This document shows positions 19,178 to 29,345 of a stretch of DNA of 48,567 nt, one piece after another (the stretch's first letter is position 1; each line of letters starts with the position of its first letter). Made by a program: the position numbers and the translations under genes. Source of the DNA: an uncultured bacterium (GTDB taxonomy: Bacteria; Vulcanimicrobiota; CADAWZ01); NCBI GenBank assembly GCA_902791745.1, contig CADAWZ010000001.1, positions 1-48,567 of the forward strand, given 5' to 3'. A model generated the notes under the pieces. The model saw only the letters and a program-made list of their open reading frames with translations, was not told the DNA's origin and did no database searches.

Positions 19178-20575
19178 ATGAGTAAAAATAACTCTAAAAA
19201 AAAGAAAAACATAAAATCAACAAAAAAACTTGATTGTACGCAAACAGATAAATACAGCTCTGGTTGGAATGTTGGTTTTGCCATTATGACATTTATTGTA
19301 TTGGCAATTCTTATATATACTCTTTCTATAAGAGATATGACTCCCTATCAACTTGCTATATTATTAATTTCATTATATACAATGGGAACAATGGCTATAT
19401 GTCTTCCTTTCAAATTTAAAGAAGGAGAACAAACTAAAGAGACTCCTTTTGTATCAATATTAGTTCCTGCAAAAAATGAAGAATTAGTTATAGAAAACAC
19501 TGTTAGGTCTCTTTTTAAAATAGAATATAAAAAAAATGATGGAACTCCAAATTATGAAGTTATAATTGTTGATGATAATTCAACAGACTCTACATTTGAA
19601 ATTCTAAATGGTCTTAAAAAAGAATTTTCAACATTAATTCCTTTACACAGAGAAACTGGTAGAAAAGGAAAATCTGCTGTTTTAAATTTTGCTGTACCTT
19701 ATACAAATGGAGATTATATAGCTGTATTTGATGCTGATACTATAGTAGAACCTGATTTTTTAACGAAAACAATGAAATTTTTTTCATCTGAAAATGTTGC
19801 AGGAGTTCAAGGAAGAGTGAAAATTTTCAATAAAAATGAAAATTTACTTGCAAAACTTCAAGATTATGAATTTACTATTTATGCCCATATGCTACAATTA
19901 TCAAAAGCAATTTTTGGTGGTATAATGCAACTTTCAGGAAATGGACAAATAGTACGAAAAAAAGCGTTAATTGATGTTGGTGGTTGGAATGAAATGTCTG
20001 CAACAGATGATCAAGATTTAACTATTAAATTTTTGTTAAAAGGAAATTTTGTTAGATATGTGCCTAATGCTGTTATATGGCAAGAAGCAATAACTAAAAT
20101 ATATCCTTTGATAAGACAAAGAGTTAGATGGGCTGAAGGGATGTTTAGATGTATATATGAATATTTTTTTCCTGTTATGCTTCATAAAAAATTAACTCTT
20201 ATCCAAAAAATAGATGGTCTTTCTGGTCTTATGAGAATTGTAGCAACTCTTATTGTTTTGATTGGATATATCCAACTTTCAACATTAATTGTATTTCCAA
20301 ATCTTGAATATTATACTTGTCATCAAATAGCTCAATTAAGTAATATTTTTATGCTATTTGTGTTTGCTGGAGTCATGATCGGCGGACTTCTAAAATTTTA
20401 TGACAAATTTCAAATTATGGATTTAATTAGATTTCCTATATACTGGTTTTATAATACAATTTGGTTGATAGCTACTCCAATAGGATACTGGAATTCAATA
20501 AAAAATAAAAATACAATAAAATGGGATAAAACAGAACATAAAGTAAAAGAAATAAATATGGAATCTGTAAACTAA
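19178..20575 (+). CDS. Processive family-2 glycosyltransferase (PgaC/IcaA/NodC/cellulose-synthase-like), multi-pass membrane
   Basis: Motifs ILVPAKNEE, VDDNSTD, FDADT, DDQDL and QRVRWAEG (QxxRW) are present, with TM segments at both ends. The track's 5' extension from 19115 crosses the hairpin and was rejected. Confidence 0.8.
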   Translation: MSKNNSKKKKNIKSTKKLDCTQTDKYSSGWNVGFAIMTFIVLAILIYTLSIRDMTPYQLAILLISLYTMGTMAICLPFKFKEGEQTKETPFVSILVPAKNEELVIENTVRSLFKIEYKKNDGTPNYEVIIVDDNSTDSTFEILNGLKKEFSTLIPLHRETGRKGKSAVLNFAVPYTNGDYIAVFDADTIVEPDFLTKTMKFFSSENVAGVQGRVKIFNKNENLLAKLQDYEFTIYAHMLQLSKAIFGGIMQLSGNGQIVRKKALIDVGGWNEMSATDDQDLTIKFLLKGNFVRYVPNAVIWQEAITKIYPLIRQRVRWAEGMFRCIYEYFFPVMLHKKLTLIQKIDGLSGLMRIVATLIVLIGYIQLSTLIVFPNLEYYTCHQIAQLSNIFMLFVFAGVMIGGLLKFYDKFQIMDLIRFPIYWFYNTIWLIATPIGYWNSIKNKNTIKWDKTEHKVKEINMESVN

Positions 20576-20686
20576 TTTTATTTTAGTTAACAAATGTAAC
20601 AAAAAATTTACAAAAATGTTCTTTACCTAAATGGATAAAATAGTTATACTATTAATAATAATAATTATAAATAGGGGGCTTCTGTT

Positions 20687-21460
20687 ATGAATTTAGGAAT
20701 AACAAGTAATAATATTTCTATGATGTCTTCTATGGTAGGAATACCACATAAGGCAGCTGATGGAGCAAAACAAATAACAAAAGAAAGCGGAAGCAATTCA
20801 AATAGAATTGGAGAATCATCTGAAGGTGTTGCTGAAGGTGGTAGTGGAGAAATTGAAGATGAAGAAGCAGCTTCTTCGGGAGTAAAAAAACAACAAACAG
20901 CAAGTAAAGCACAAAGAAATCAACAATCTTCTTCAGCAAGAGTATCAAGAAAGAGAGTTTCTGATGAAACAGTTCTTGATACAAAAAATAAAGCTGGTGA
21001 AACAGCTGAATCACAAGAAGCTAAGAAATCTGTTGCTCCAAAACAAGCTCAAAGAACTGCTGCTCCTGGTGTGCTTGATAATGCAAAACAGATTCAGCAC
21101 AGTTTTTCAAAAACACTTGATGAGACTAATGCAGGAAATGAAACAAAGCAACGTCCAGAATTACAAAGAAAGAAATTTGCTCAAAATTTAAGAAAATGGG
21201 TAGATGTTGAATATAAACAATATGTAAAAGATAACAATCCTCTTTATTCACGCAGAAATTTAAGAGAAATTTTGAATGCTCTTGGAAATTTTGAAGCAAA
21301 AACAAATAAAACAAGTAAAAAAGATGATGCAAAAAATAATAGCCAAGTAAGTTTCAGTGCTTTTAACAAGTATAATGTTACACAGGCAACTAAGACTTTG
21401 CATATATTTGATGAAATTCAAGTACCTGATAACTACGAAGCATTCGAATTAGTTGCATAA
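20687..21460 (+). CDS. Hypothetical low-complexity basic protein (Ser/Gln/Lys-rich)
   Basis: AGGGGG lies 8 nt upstream of the ATG. I recognise no domain. It is co-oriented with the GT2 synthase and thioredoxin genes. Confidence 0.5.
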   Translation: MNLGITSNNISMMSSMVGIPHKAADGAKQITKESGSNSNRIGESSEGVAEGGSGEIEDEEAASSGVKKQQTASKAQRNQQSSSARVSRKRVSDETVLDTKNKAGETAESQEAKKSVAPKQAQRTAAPGVLDNAKQIQHSFSKTLDETNAGNETKQRPELQRKKFAQNLRKWVDVEYKQYVKDNNPLYSRRNLREILNALGNFEAKTNKTSKKDDAKNNSQVSFSAFNKYNVTQATKTLHIFDEIQVPDNYEAFELVA

Positions 21461-21461
21461 A

Positions 21462-21857
21462 ATGAAAAAATATATTTTTACTTTTTTATTTATTTGTATC
21501 TCATTGTTTTTGTTTTCTTCAGCTGTATATTCAGAAATAATCGATTTAAATGATTCAAACTTTCAAAAAGAAGTTTTTGATAAAAATTCAGATAAACTTG
21601 TTGTTGTAGGTTTTTATAATACTACTTGTCCAAAATGTCAAATACAAACAGTGGTCTTTAGAAATCTTGAAAAAGATTCTGCTGTTAAAGATGTAAAAAT
21701 GGTAATGATTAATGGTATTATAAATGTAGAATCTGCAAAATCGCTAAATATTAACGGTTATCCAGCTTTAGTTTTTGTAAAAAGAGGTAAAATACTTGAA
21801 ATATGTGGTTTAAGAGAGGAAGAAGCTCTTAAAAAACTAATTACAAAATATAAATAA
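21462..21857 (+). CDS. Secreted thioredoxin-fold protein
   Basis: Signal peptide is MKKYIFTFLFICISLFLFSSAVYS and the CPKC (CxxC) motif is present. The ATG is at 21462; the track start is TTG. Confidence 0.75.
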   Translation: MKKYIFTFLFICISLFLFSSAVYSEIIDLNDSNFQKEVFDKNSDKLVVVGFYNTTCPKCQIQTVVFRNLEKDSAVKDVKMVMINGIINVESAKSLNINGYPALVFVKRGKILEICGLREEEALKKLITKYK

Positions 21858-21869
21858 ATTTGATGACAA

Positions 21870-21905
21870 AAAAATAGACTTTGTAATTGTGCAAAGTCTA
21901 TTTTT
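21870..21905. terminator. Bidirectional intrinsic terminator
   Basis: AAAAATAGACTTTG 21870-21883 pairs with CAAAGTCTATTTTT 21892-21905. Confidence 0.75.
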
Positions 21906-23385
21906 ATTTTGTTTTTATAGAAATTTCAAAAAGCCTTGACCATGGAAGTTTAGCACTTACAAATTTAGGGGCAATATTTTTAAATCCAATTTTTGAAATT
22001 TTTTCGGCTTGTTGTTTCATTTCTCTATTTATATTATTAGAAATTTTTTCTTCTTCATGTTTTTTTAAATTAAGAGAAGATATGCCTTTTACAAGACATT
22101 TTAATTTCATTTTTGTTCTTATTATACTTTGATATATGTAATCATCGAGAAATCTCTCAAACATAAATTTTATGTGTGCTTTATCATTTGATATATTTAT
22201 TTTTTTTGCAATATATCTTATTATTGCATGTGAAATTGTTGTTCCTAAAGTATTTCCTGAAGTATTCCAAGCAGCATATGACATTAAAAAAGAAGGATTT
22301 ATTTTTTTTAGTAAGATTTTTGTGAAATGTATATCGGCCCCATTTGCATATTTTACATCTGCAATTGCTACATTTTTTTTATTTTTGACAAATTCTGAAA
22401 TTTTATTTATAAAAATTTCGTCTTTTTCTTTTTTTTCTAAATGCTGAACTTCTGTTTCTTTTTGCCCATTCGGATGAACTTTACAAAATAAATCTATATC
22501 TGCATTTTCCTTTACGATTTTACAGCCTGAAGCATTTATATATTCATCAACAACATTTTTTATAGGTTTGCTTTCATAAATTGTATTTTTTAAAGCTCCA
22601 TCTTCGGATGAATAATGAACTGCAAAAGTTGGATTTAAAGAAAATTCATCTTTTATAATCATTGCCTCAGCAAGCATGGCAAGTTCATCTGTACCATTAC
22701 AAACTATTGTTTTTTCATCATCTTTCATCAATAATTTTATTTTTTCAGCTTCAAATGTATTTGGTCCTATACATACCACATCATCAAGACCAATTAAAAG
22801 TCTATCTATTAAATTTTTTTTTCTCCAATCACAAGCTTTTAAATTTATATTAAAATTTCTCTTTCTACATAAAATATATTCATCAAAAAAATCTCCCATT
22901 TCAGTATCTTTTGATATTTCTTTTAATGTATCAGAAAATTCTAATTCAGATAAAGATGGAACAGGATATAATTTTTTAATATTCTTTTTTATTTTTTCAG
23001 ATTGAAGTAAAATTTTTTCATTTGTAAATGTTGGAAGTGTACGCATTATTGATGAAAAAACAATAATTTTTGATGCTGGTTTTGTTTGTAAAAAATCTTC
23101 TAACTTTTTAGCATTTTCTAAACATTCTGTAGTGGAATTATTCATATTTCGTGAAGCAACAAGACCACCATAAACCAACATATCGAGAGATAATAAAAGA
23201 ATATCTTCTTTTTGTGTATTTTCAGATAACCAATTTAATATTTTATTTGAAGCCCCACGCTTTTTAAATATTCCCAATAAATTTTCTGGAGGAATTTTTA
23301 TTTTATATCCACCTATTTCAGCGAGTTGAGAGGGGAATATCATTGTACAAGGTCTATTATCAATTGGAACAAAAATTATACTCAT
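21904..23385 (-). CDS. DUF4127-like protein
   Basis: The 493-aa size and the N-terminal IFVPIDNRPCT...PPENLLG resemble my recollection of DUF4127. This was not verified. Confidence 0.45.
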   Translation of the reverse strand: MSIIFVPIDNRPCTMIFPSQLAEIGGYKIKIPPENLLGIFKKRGASNKILNWLSENTQKEDILLLSLDMLVYGGLVASRNMNNSTTECLENAKKLEDFLQTKPASKIIVFSSIMRTLPTFTNEKILLQSEKIKKNIKKLYPVPSLSELEFSDTLKEISKDTEMGDFFDEYILCRKRNFNINLKACDWRKKNLIDRLLIGLDDVVCIGPNTFEAEKIKLLMKDDEKTIVCNGTDELAMLAEAMIIKDEFSLNPTFAVHYSSEDGALKNTIYESKPIKNVVDEYINASGCKIVKENADIDLFCKVHPNGQKETEVQHLEKKEKDEIFINKISEFVKNKKNVAIADVKYANGADIHFTKILLKKINPSFLMSYAAWNTSGNTLGTTISHAIIRYIAKKINISNDKAHIKFMFERFLDDYIYQSIIRTKMKLKCLVKGISSLNLKKHEEEKISNNINREMKQQAEKISKIGFKNIAPKFVSAKLPWSRLFEISIKTK

Positions 23386-23451
23386 AAAATTTATGTCCTT
23401 ATTTAAAAATTATTTTTCAATTTTAAAGTTTAATATAATACGATAATCAAC

Positions 23452-23826
23452 TTAATGAGCTAATAATTTTATAAAAACTCCGTTTGGATCTCTGTAGATA
23501 AAAAACTTTGAGGTTTCTTCAAAATTCAAATCAAAAAGAATTTTATAACCTAATTGCAAAATTTTTTCATAAGCCTCATCTATGTTTTCACAAGAAAAAC
23601 AAAACATTTTTATTCCTGTATTTAAAGGAGCTATTTTGTAATCAGGATTTAAAATTTCTATTTTATAACCATCTTTCTCTAAAATTACACTTTTATTTTT
23701 AAATTTTTCTGATTTTTTTATGTTTTGTTTTTGAAATCCAAGATGATTTACATAAAAATCAACTGTTCTTTCAAGGTTTGATGTTGTATAGCTTATGTAT
23801 TCAAATTTTAAATTAAATTTTTCCAT
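23452..23826 (-). CDS. VOC/glyoxalase-family protein
   Basis: The size is about 124 aa. ISYTTSNLERTVDFYVNHLGF is a typical VOC N-terminus. The ATG is at 23826. Confidence 0.6.
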   Translation of the reverse strand: MEKFNLKFEYISYTTSNLERTVDFYVNHLGFQKQNIKKSEKFKNKSVILEKDGYKIEILNPDYKIAPLNTGIKMFCFSCENIDEAYEKILQLGYKILFDLNFEETSKFFIYRDPNGVFIKLLAH

Positions 23827-23842
23827 ATCTCTTTCCAATTTT

Positions 23843-24478
23843 TTAGATCACTGTATTAAATATTCTATCTCCTGCATCACCTAATCCAGGTAATATATAA
23901 CCAGACTTATTTAATTCTCTATCTTTTGATATTGTGTATATATCAACTTGTGGGTATTCAGATTTTATTTTTTCCAGTCCTTCTGGACTTGCTGTTATTG
24001 AACATAAAGATATTTTTTCAGGTCTTACTTTGTAATTTTCAATTATATAATTTATTGCAAAACATGCACTTCCACCAGTTGCAAGCATTGGATCTAATAT
24101 AAAACAATGGCATTTATTTATATTTTCTGGTATGTTGCTGTAATACATTGACGGTAACAATGTCTCATGATCTCTTGACATACCTAAAGGTGCTATTATT
24201 GCATTCTCATAGACTTTTAAAAATCCATTTGTCATCCCAAGTCCTGCTCTAAGGATAGGAATTAAAACAATATCATCAGATATTGAGTCTTGTTCTGTAT
24301 CTTCCAGCACAGATTTTACTTTTACTTTTTTGGTTTTTAGTTTTTTGCCTGCTTCATAAGCTATTATTTCAGATAATAATAATAGCCCCTCTCTAAACAA
24401 TTTTGAATGAGATTTTTTATCTCTCAATTTTAAAAGTGCAGTTGATGTTATTGGATTATGTATTATGTTTATACTCAT
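23843..24478 (-). CDS. upp: Uracil phosphoribosyltransferase
   Basis: Motifs LIPILRAGLGM, ILDPMLATGGS and YILPGLGDAGDR are present. Confidence 0.9.
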   Translation of the reverse strand: MSINIIHNPITSTALLKLRDKKSHSKLFREGLLLLSEIIAYEAGKKLKTKKVKVKSVLEDTEQDSISDDIVLIPILRAGLGMTNGFLKVYENAIIAPLGMSRDHETLLPSMYYSNIPENINKCHCFILDPMLATGGSACFAINYIIENYKVRPEKISLCSITASPEGLEKIKSEYPQVDIYTISKDRELNKSGYILPGLGDAGDRIFNTVI

Positions 24479-24490
24479 TTCATCACCTTT

Positions 24491-25345
24491 TTAATTAGTT
24501 TTAGGATCAAATGCATCTCTAAGTCCATCTCCTAAAAAATTAAATGATATTACAAGAAGCATTATAAGTATTCCAGGAAATATAGCCATCCAAGGTGCTG
24601 TAGTCATATATTCTTGAGCTCTCATAAGCATATTTCCCCAACTTGCAGTAGGTTCTTGAACTCCTAATCCTAAAAAACTCAATGTCGATTCCATCAATAT
24701 AGCAGAAGCAATTCCTAAGGTTGCTGTAACAATCATTGGCGACATTGCATTCGGAATTATATGCCTAAATATTATATGAGTTTTTTTTGCACCAAAAGAT
24801 TTTGAAGCTTCTACAAAAAGAGATTCTTTTAAAGAAAGAGCTTGAGCTCTCATCAATCTTGTTGGACCAGCCCAATTTGTAAATCCTATCACCAAAATTA
24901 CATTCCAAACTGATTGAGTTAATAGTACTTGAAGTGCTAATATAAAGAAAAAAGTTGGAATACTTAACATTATATCTGACATTCTCATTATTAGTGAATC
25001 GACAATTCCGCCAAAATATCCAGAAATTGCTCCAAGTACAATTCCTATAAACATATATATACCTACTGCTCCAAATCCTACAAGAAGTGAGATTCGTGTT
25101 CCAAATATAGCTCTTGAAAATAAATCTCTTCCATAGTTATCTGTTCCAAATAGATGTTTAAACGATGGAGGTTGTGGAATACCATCATATGACATATTTT
25201 GTAATGCTGGATCGTAAGGTGATATTATTGGAGCAAAAAAAGCTGATATTATGAAAATTAATATCAAAAACATTGATATTACTGCCAATTTATTTTTTCT
25301 AAACTTTTTCCATATATCATTTAAATTAGATTTATCTATGTTCAT
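24491..25345 (-). CDS. ABC peptide/nickel-type transporter permease (OppC/DppC-like)
   Basis: The EAA-loop region SLKESLFVEASKSFGAKKTHIIFRHIIPN is present. There are six TM segments and ESTLSFLGLGVQEPTASWGNM. Confidence 0.8.
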   Translation of the reverse strand: MNIDKSNLNDIWKKFRKNKLAVISMFLILIFIISAFFAPIISPYDPALQNMSYDGIPQPPSFKHLFGTDNYGRDLFSRAIFGTRISLLVGFGAVGIYMFIGIVLGAISGYFGGIVDSLIMRMSDIMLSIPTFFFILALQVLLTQSVWNVILVIGFTNWAGPTRLMRAQALSLKESLFVEASKSFGAKKTHIIFRHIIPNAMSPMIVTATLGIASAILMESTLSFLGLGVQEPTASWGNMLMRAQEYMTTAPWMAIFPGILIMLLVISFNFLGDGLRDAFDPKTN

Positions 25346-26408
25346 TTTCTTGTTCTTCTAATACTTTTTTTCTTAATTGACCACAGGCCGCATTTATGTC
25401 TGTTCCACGTTCTTTTCTTATTGTTGTTCTTATTCCTTTATTTTCCATAAAAGATTTAAATTTTTCTATTTTTTCATCAGTGCTTCTTTTTTTTCCATAT
25501 TCTGTTACATTATTTAATGGAATTAAATTTATAAGGGCAGTAAATCCTTCAAGTATTCTTGCTAATTCTTCAGCAGAATTTATATCATCATTGACACCAT
25601 CGATCATAGCATATTCAAAAGTTATTCTTCGTCCTGTAATTTCTTGATATTCTTTTAATGCTTTCATCAATTCAGGAAGTGGATATTTTTTATTTATTGG
25701 CATTATTTTACTTCGTATTTCATTAAATGGTGAATGAAGAGATACTGCCAATTTAACTTGAATTCCCTCTTTTGCAAGTTTTTTTATTCCTGGAATTATG
25801 CCACATGTTGAAATAGCTATGTGTCTCATTCCTATTGCTATTCCTTCAGCACAATTTATTATATCTACCGCTTTCATTACATTGTCATAATTTAACATAG
25901 GTTCTCCCATGCCCATCATAACGACATTTGCAATTCTTCTCTCTGAAGGAGCTATTATTTTTTGCATTTGTATTATTTGATCTGCAATTTCACCTGCTGT
26001 CAAATTTCTAATAAAACCACTTTTTCCTGTTGCACAGAATGAACAACCCATTAGACAACCAACTTGTGTCGATATACAAGCAGTCAATCTCGATGGTCCT
26101 ATATGGTCTTCATAACTCATTATAACACTTTCAAGGCAATTTCCGTCAGACAATCCAAAAAGAAATTTTTCTGTGTCTTTTTGTGAAGATATAAGATGCC
26201 TCAAAGTTTTTATATCTTCAATATATGCAATATTTTTTAATTTATCTCTCAGTTTTTTGCCAAAATCGGTCATTTCGTCAAAATCAGAAATTCCTCTTTG
26301 ATACATGTGTTTGGTCATTTGAAGACCTCTGAAAGATTTTTCACCAATTTCTTCAAAGAAGGAATACAATTCTTCTTTTGTCATTCCTTTTAAATTTTTC
26401 TTTTCCAT
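25332..26408 (-). CDS. rlmN: 23S rRNA/tRNA (adenine-C2)-methyltransferase, radical SAM
   Basis: Motifs CLMGCSFCATG, MGMGEP and CGQL are present. The start is taken at MEKKNLKGMTKEEL (26408); the track's GTG at 26465 adds 19 aa atypical for RlmN. Confidence 0.85.
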   Translation of the reverse strand: MEKKNLKGMTKEELYSFFEEIGEKSFRGLQMTKHMYQRGISDFDEMTDFGKKLRDKLKNIAYIEDIKTLRHLISSQKDTEKFLFGLSDGNCLESVIMSYEDHIGPSRLTACISTQVGCLMGCSFCATGKSGFIRNLTAGEIADQIIQMQKIIAPSERRIANVVMMGMGEPMLNYDNVMKAVDIINCAEGIAIGMRHIAISTCGIIPGIKKLAKEGIQVKLAVSLHSPFNEIRSKIMPINKKYPLPELMKALKEYQEITGRRITFEYAMIDGVNDDINSAEELARILEGFTALINLIPLNNVTEYGKKRSTDEKIEKFKSFMENKGIRTTIRKERGTDINAACGQLRKKVLEEQENEHR

Positions 26409-26496
26409 AACTTTTATCGTTTGTTTATATTCTTTTTGTCCGTGTTTTTTGTTTGTATAACTCACAGAAATCGATTTTTATTATTAATTTTGCAGT

Positions 26497-26750
26497 TATT
26501 AAGTTGGCTGTTAAATAATTTGAAAGAGCAACTTTTGTGTGGTACAATACGGGCAAATTAGCTCCTTACAATAAAGGAGAAAAAATACTGGAACTGCATC
26601 ACTTTTTTTGGTAGTAGTATCTAAAAAGAAAGCTCCTACTTGAAATATTCTCTATTTTAAATAAAATTAGATAAATAAAAAGAGAAAAATTTTAAAGTGA
26701 ACATATTGTATCTCAAAAGTTGCGTAGCAAAAAATAAAACAATTATTTAA
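26497..26750 (+). repeat. Copy 3 (divergent) of the structured intergenic repeat family
   Basis: Outer helix is CAACTTTTG 26529-26537/CAAAAGTTG 26714-26722 and inner helix TACAATA 26543-26549/TATTGTA 26704-26710. The core TTTTTTTGGTAGTAGTATCT matches at 17/19. AAGTGAAC precedes the 3' helix strand and GCGTAG follows the helix, as in copy 2. Confidence 0.6.
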
Positions 26751-26793
26751 TATTTTATTTTAGCACAATAAAAAATAAAAAGCAAATTATTAT

Positions 26794-26831
26794 AAAAAAA
26801 TGCTGTGAAAATTTTTTCACAGCATTTTTTT
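26794..26831. terminator. Bidirectional intrinsic terminator
   Basis: AAAAAAATGCTGTGAAAA pairs with TTTTCACAGCATTTTTTT. Confidence 0.8.
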
Positions 26832-26838
26832 ATACACT

Positions 26839-28404
26839 TTAATAGAGATACATTGTTTTTATTTTCCAATTATTGTTATCATCAGATTCAAGAACTAATT
26901 CACCTATTCTCAATCTTATGAAAAAATATTTACCATCTTCTACAATTTCAAGCCTGTCAGTTGCAATAATAGGAACAACACTTGTTATTCTGCAAAGTTT
27001 TCCTTTTTTTCTAAATGTTATATCAGAAAGATTTATAGGAAGCATTTTAAATTGCTTATGTTCCATTATTTCTTTTGTTGCTGCTCTATATGCATCTCTT
27101 ACATCTTGGGCTTTACCCTTTCCTTGTTTTTCATATTCTAATGCAGATTCTTCTATAGAATTTTTCTGCATTTCCATTACTTTATCTAAATCTTTCGAAG
27201 CATAAGCATCATAAAATTCTTTTATAACAGAAATTATTGCTTCTTTTTCTTCAGCAGTTAATTCATTTGGATTTTTCTTTTTTTCCTTCTCTGCTTTTTC
27301 TTTTGCAATTCTTTCTTTTTCTGCTTTTTCTTTTAATGCTTTATCTTTTGCTTCTTGTTCTTTAACCTTTTTTTCTTTTAATGCTTTATCTCTAAGAGCT
27401 TGCTCTTTTTGAGCTTTATCTTTTGCTATCTGTTCAGGTGTTTTTTGAACTTTAGTATCTTTTTTGTCAGTTGCTTTTACTCCTAAACCTTTTACAACTT
27501 TATCTCTTATTGCTTGTTCATATTTAGCTTTTTCTTTAAGAGTCATAGGTTTTTGAGTTTTTTCTTTAGCTATTTTGTCTTTTTCAGCTTTCTCTTTAGC
27601 TATTTTGTCTTTTTCAGCTTTTTCTTTAGCTATTTTGTCTTTTTCAGCTTTCTCTTTAGCTATTTTGTCTTTTTCAGCTTTCTCTTTAGCTATTTTGTCT
27701 TTTTCAGCTTTCTCTTTGGCTATTTTGTCTTTTTCAGCTTTCTCTTTGGCTATTTTGTCTTTTTCAGCTTTTTCTTTAGCTATTTTGTCTTTTTCAGCCT
27801 TCTCTTTAGCAATTCTTTCTTTTTCAACTTTTTCTTTAGCTAATTTTTCAGCTTTTTTTCGTTCTTCTGCATTCTTTTTTATTCCAGTTGTATTGAATAT
27901 AGTTTTTTTATTTTCTTCTCTTATTTCTTTAATCTTTTTTTCTTCGACAGGAGTTCCCTTTGCTGTTACATTACCTTCATTTTTATTAAAATAATATGCA
28001 GAAGCATTATGAAGCCATGGATTTGGACATTTTATCATGTAATTGTTACCTAATGGAAAATATTGGTATGTATTTTCTTCATCACAACAATACATAGTTT
28101 TTTGACCAGTTCCACTGCCTGTTTTTACAATATAATTAAAAAAATCTTCAGAAATAAACTCTTCTTTTGTTGGCAATTTTCCATTATGATCATTTGCCCA
28201 TAATTCGATCGCCATAGAAATAACTTGTATTCTGTCTTTACAAGTTTTTAAATGTTCAGGATTAGGTTTTACAGCTGGGGCTACTACTGTCTTTTTTTCA
28301 TTGTTTGTATTTTGTTTTTTATTATTTTGAGCATTTACAGTTGAAAAACAAATACAAATTGATACAATGAATATTATTAATGTAAAAATAGTTGTTTTTC
28401 TCAT
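26839..28404 (-). CDS. Secreted Lys/Glu-rich coiled-coil repeat protein with an NTF2/SnoaL-like C-terminal domain
   Basis: A signal peptide ending FSTVNAQ is present, followed by 8-10 x [10 protein letters not shown] decapeptide repeats. The C-terminus [21 protein letters not shown]... resembles an NTF2-like fold. The gene overlaps fmt by ATGA. Confidence 0.6.
   Translation of the reverse strand: MRKTTIFTLIIFIVSICICFSTVNAQNNKKQNTNNEKKTVVAPAVKPNPEHLKTCKDRIQVISMAIELWANDHNGKLPTKEEFISEDFFNYIVKTGSGTGQKTMYCCDEENTYQYFPLGNNYMIKCPNPWLHNASAYYFNKNEGNVTAKGTPVEEKKIKEIREENKKTIFNTTGIKKNAEERKKAEKLAKEKVEKERIAKEKAEKDKIAKEKAEKDKIAKEKAEKDKIAKEKAEKDKIAKEKAEKDKIAKEKAEKDKIAKEKAEKDKIAKEKAEKDKIAKEKTQKPMTLKEKAKYEQAIRDKVVKGLGVKATDKKDTKVQKTPEQIAKDKAQKEQALRDKALKEKKVKEQEAKDKALKEKAEKERIAKEKAEKEKKKNPNELTAEEKEAIISVIKEFYDAYASKDLDKVMEMQKNSIEESALEYEKQGKGKAQDVRDAYRAATKEIMEHKQFKMLPINLSDITFRKKGKLCRITSVVPIIATDRLEIVEDGKYFFIRLRIGELVLESDDNNNWKIKTMYLY
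27571..27810 (-). repeat. Eight near-identical in-frame 30-nt tandem repeats
   Basis: The unit TATTTTGTCTTTTTCAGCTTTCTCTTTAGC repeats with 0-2 differences per copy. Degenerate units lie on both sides. Confidence 0.95.
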
Positions 28405-29345
28405 TCTTTTACCTTTCCTATTTTTTCACCAGTTTTTGGTTGACATCCGCAGGCAAATTGCCAAGAAGTCATTATTTTTTTACCTTCTGGTTTTACATCT
28501 CCCAAAAGGATTGTTCCATCTTGCGATGCAATACAGATTCCTTTATTTTTTATTGTCTTTATAACTGTTCCTGGTTCCAAATCTGATTTTTCATCAATTA
28601 TTTGAACAGGACCAATGATTAAGTTTTTCCCTCTAAAAGTTGTTCTCGCTCCAGGTTCTGTCCAAATTGATCTTATGTGATTCTTTATCTCTTCAGAAGT
28701 CATGTCCCAGTTTATTTCCATATCTTCATTTTTTATAAGTTTTGTATATGAGGCTTCAGAATCAATTTGTTTAATTCTTTTTGCTGTTCCATTTTCTATC
28801 AGTTTTACTGCCTGTAATGTTAAATCTGAAGCAAAAGGAGCTAATTTTTCTCTTAAAGTTTCTCTTGTGTCATCTTTATCTATACTAAATTTTTCTTGTA
28901 TTATTATATCTCCTGTATCACAACCTTCGTCCATATAAAATATGGATACTCCTGTTTCTTTTTCTCCCATTTTTAACGCCGATTCTATAGGAGTTGCTCC
29001 TCTATATTTAGGAAGCATTGAAGGATGTACATTTATACATCCCTTTGGAGTAGCTTCTAATATTTCTTTAGGAAGTATTTTCCCATAAGAACATACAACA
29101 GATAAATCAGCATTTATATTTTTAAAGTCTTGGATATATTCTTCTGCTTTTAGTTTCGCTGGTTTTAAAACTTTTATTCCATGTTCTAAACCAAAATCAG
29201 AGACAACAGTTGAAGTATTATTTTTACCACGACCTTTAGGAGCATCTGGCTTAGTTGTTATTGATACTATTTCAAAATTTGATTTAAATAATTTTTCAAG
29301 AATATAAAGAGAAAATTTTTCTGAACCAAAGAAATTAATTTTCAT
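28401..29345 (-). CDS. fmt: Methionyl-tRNA formyltransferase
   Basis: Motifs [17 protein letters not shown] and [17 protein letters not shown] are present. The gene lies downstream of def. Confidence 0.9.
   Translation of the reverse strand: MKINFFGSEKFSLYILEKLFKSNFEIVSITTKPDAPKGRGKNNTSTVVSDFGLEHGIKVLKPAKLKAEEYIQDFKNINADLSVVCSYGKILPKEILEATPKGCINVHPSMLPKYRGATPIESALKMGEKETGVSIFYMDEGCDTGDIIIQEKFSIDKDDTRETLREKLAPFASDLTLQAVKLIENGTAKRIKQIDSEASYTKLIKNEDMEINWDMTSEEIKNHIRSIWTEPGARTTFRGKNLIIGPVQIIDEKSDLEPGTVIKTIKNKGICIASQDGTILLGDVKPEGKKIMTSWQFACGCQPKTGEKIGKVKE

Noticed and set aside
18879-19284. Two minus-strand ORFs of 68-69 aa, and the 5' extension of the GT2 ORF from 19115
   Set aside because: They lie in the AT-rich divergent leader region and lack an SD. 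The GT2 extension would translate through the terminator-like hairpin. The ATG at 19178 has a proper SD.
27571-27810. The regular 30-nt repeats could be mistaken for a CRISPR array
   Set aside because: The repeats are directly adjacent with no spacers. They are in frame and encode [10 protein letters not shown] within a long ORF. No cas genes are present.
27514-27994. Plus-strand ORFs (109 and 139 aa) made of FSAFSLAIL-type repeats
   Set aside because: They lie antisense to the 30-nt repeat region of the coiled-coil protein gene. The minus-strand frame continues into recognisable N- and C-terminal domains.
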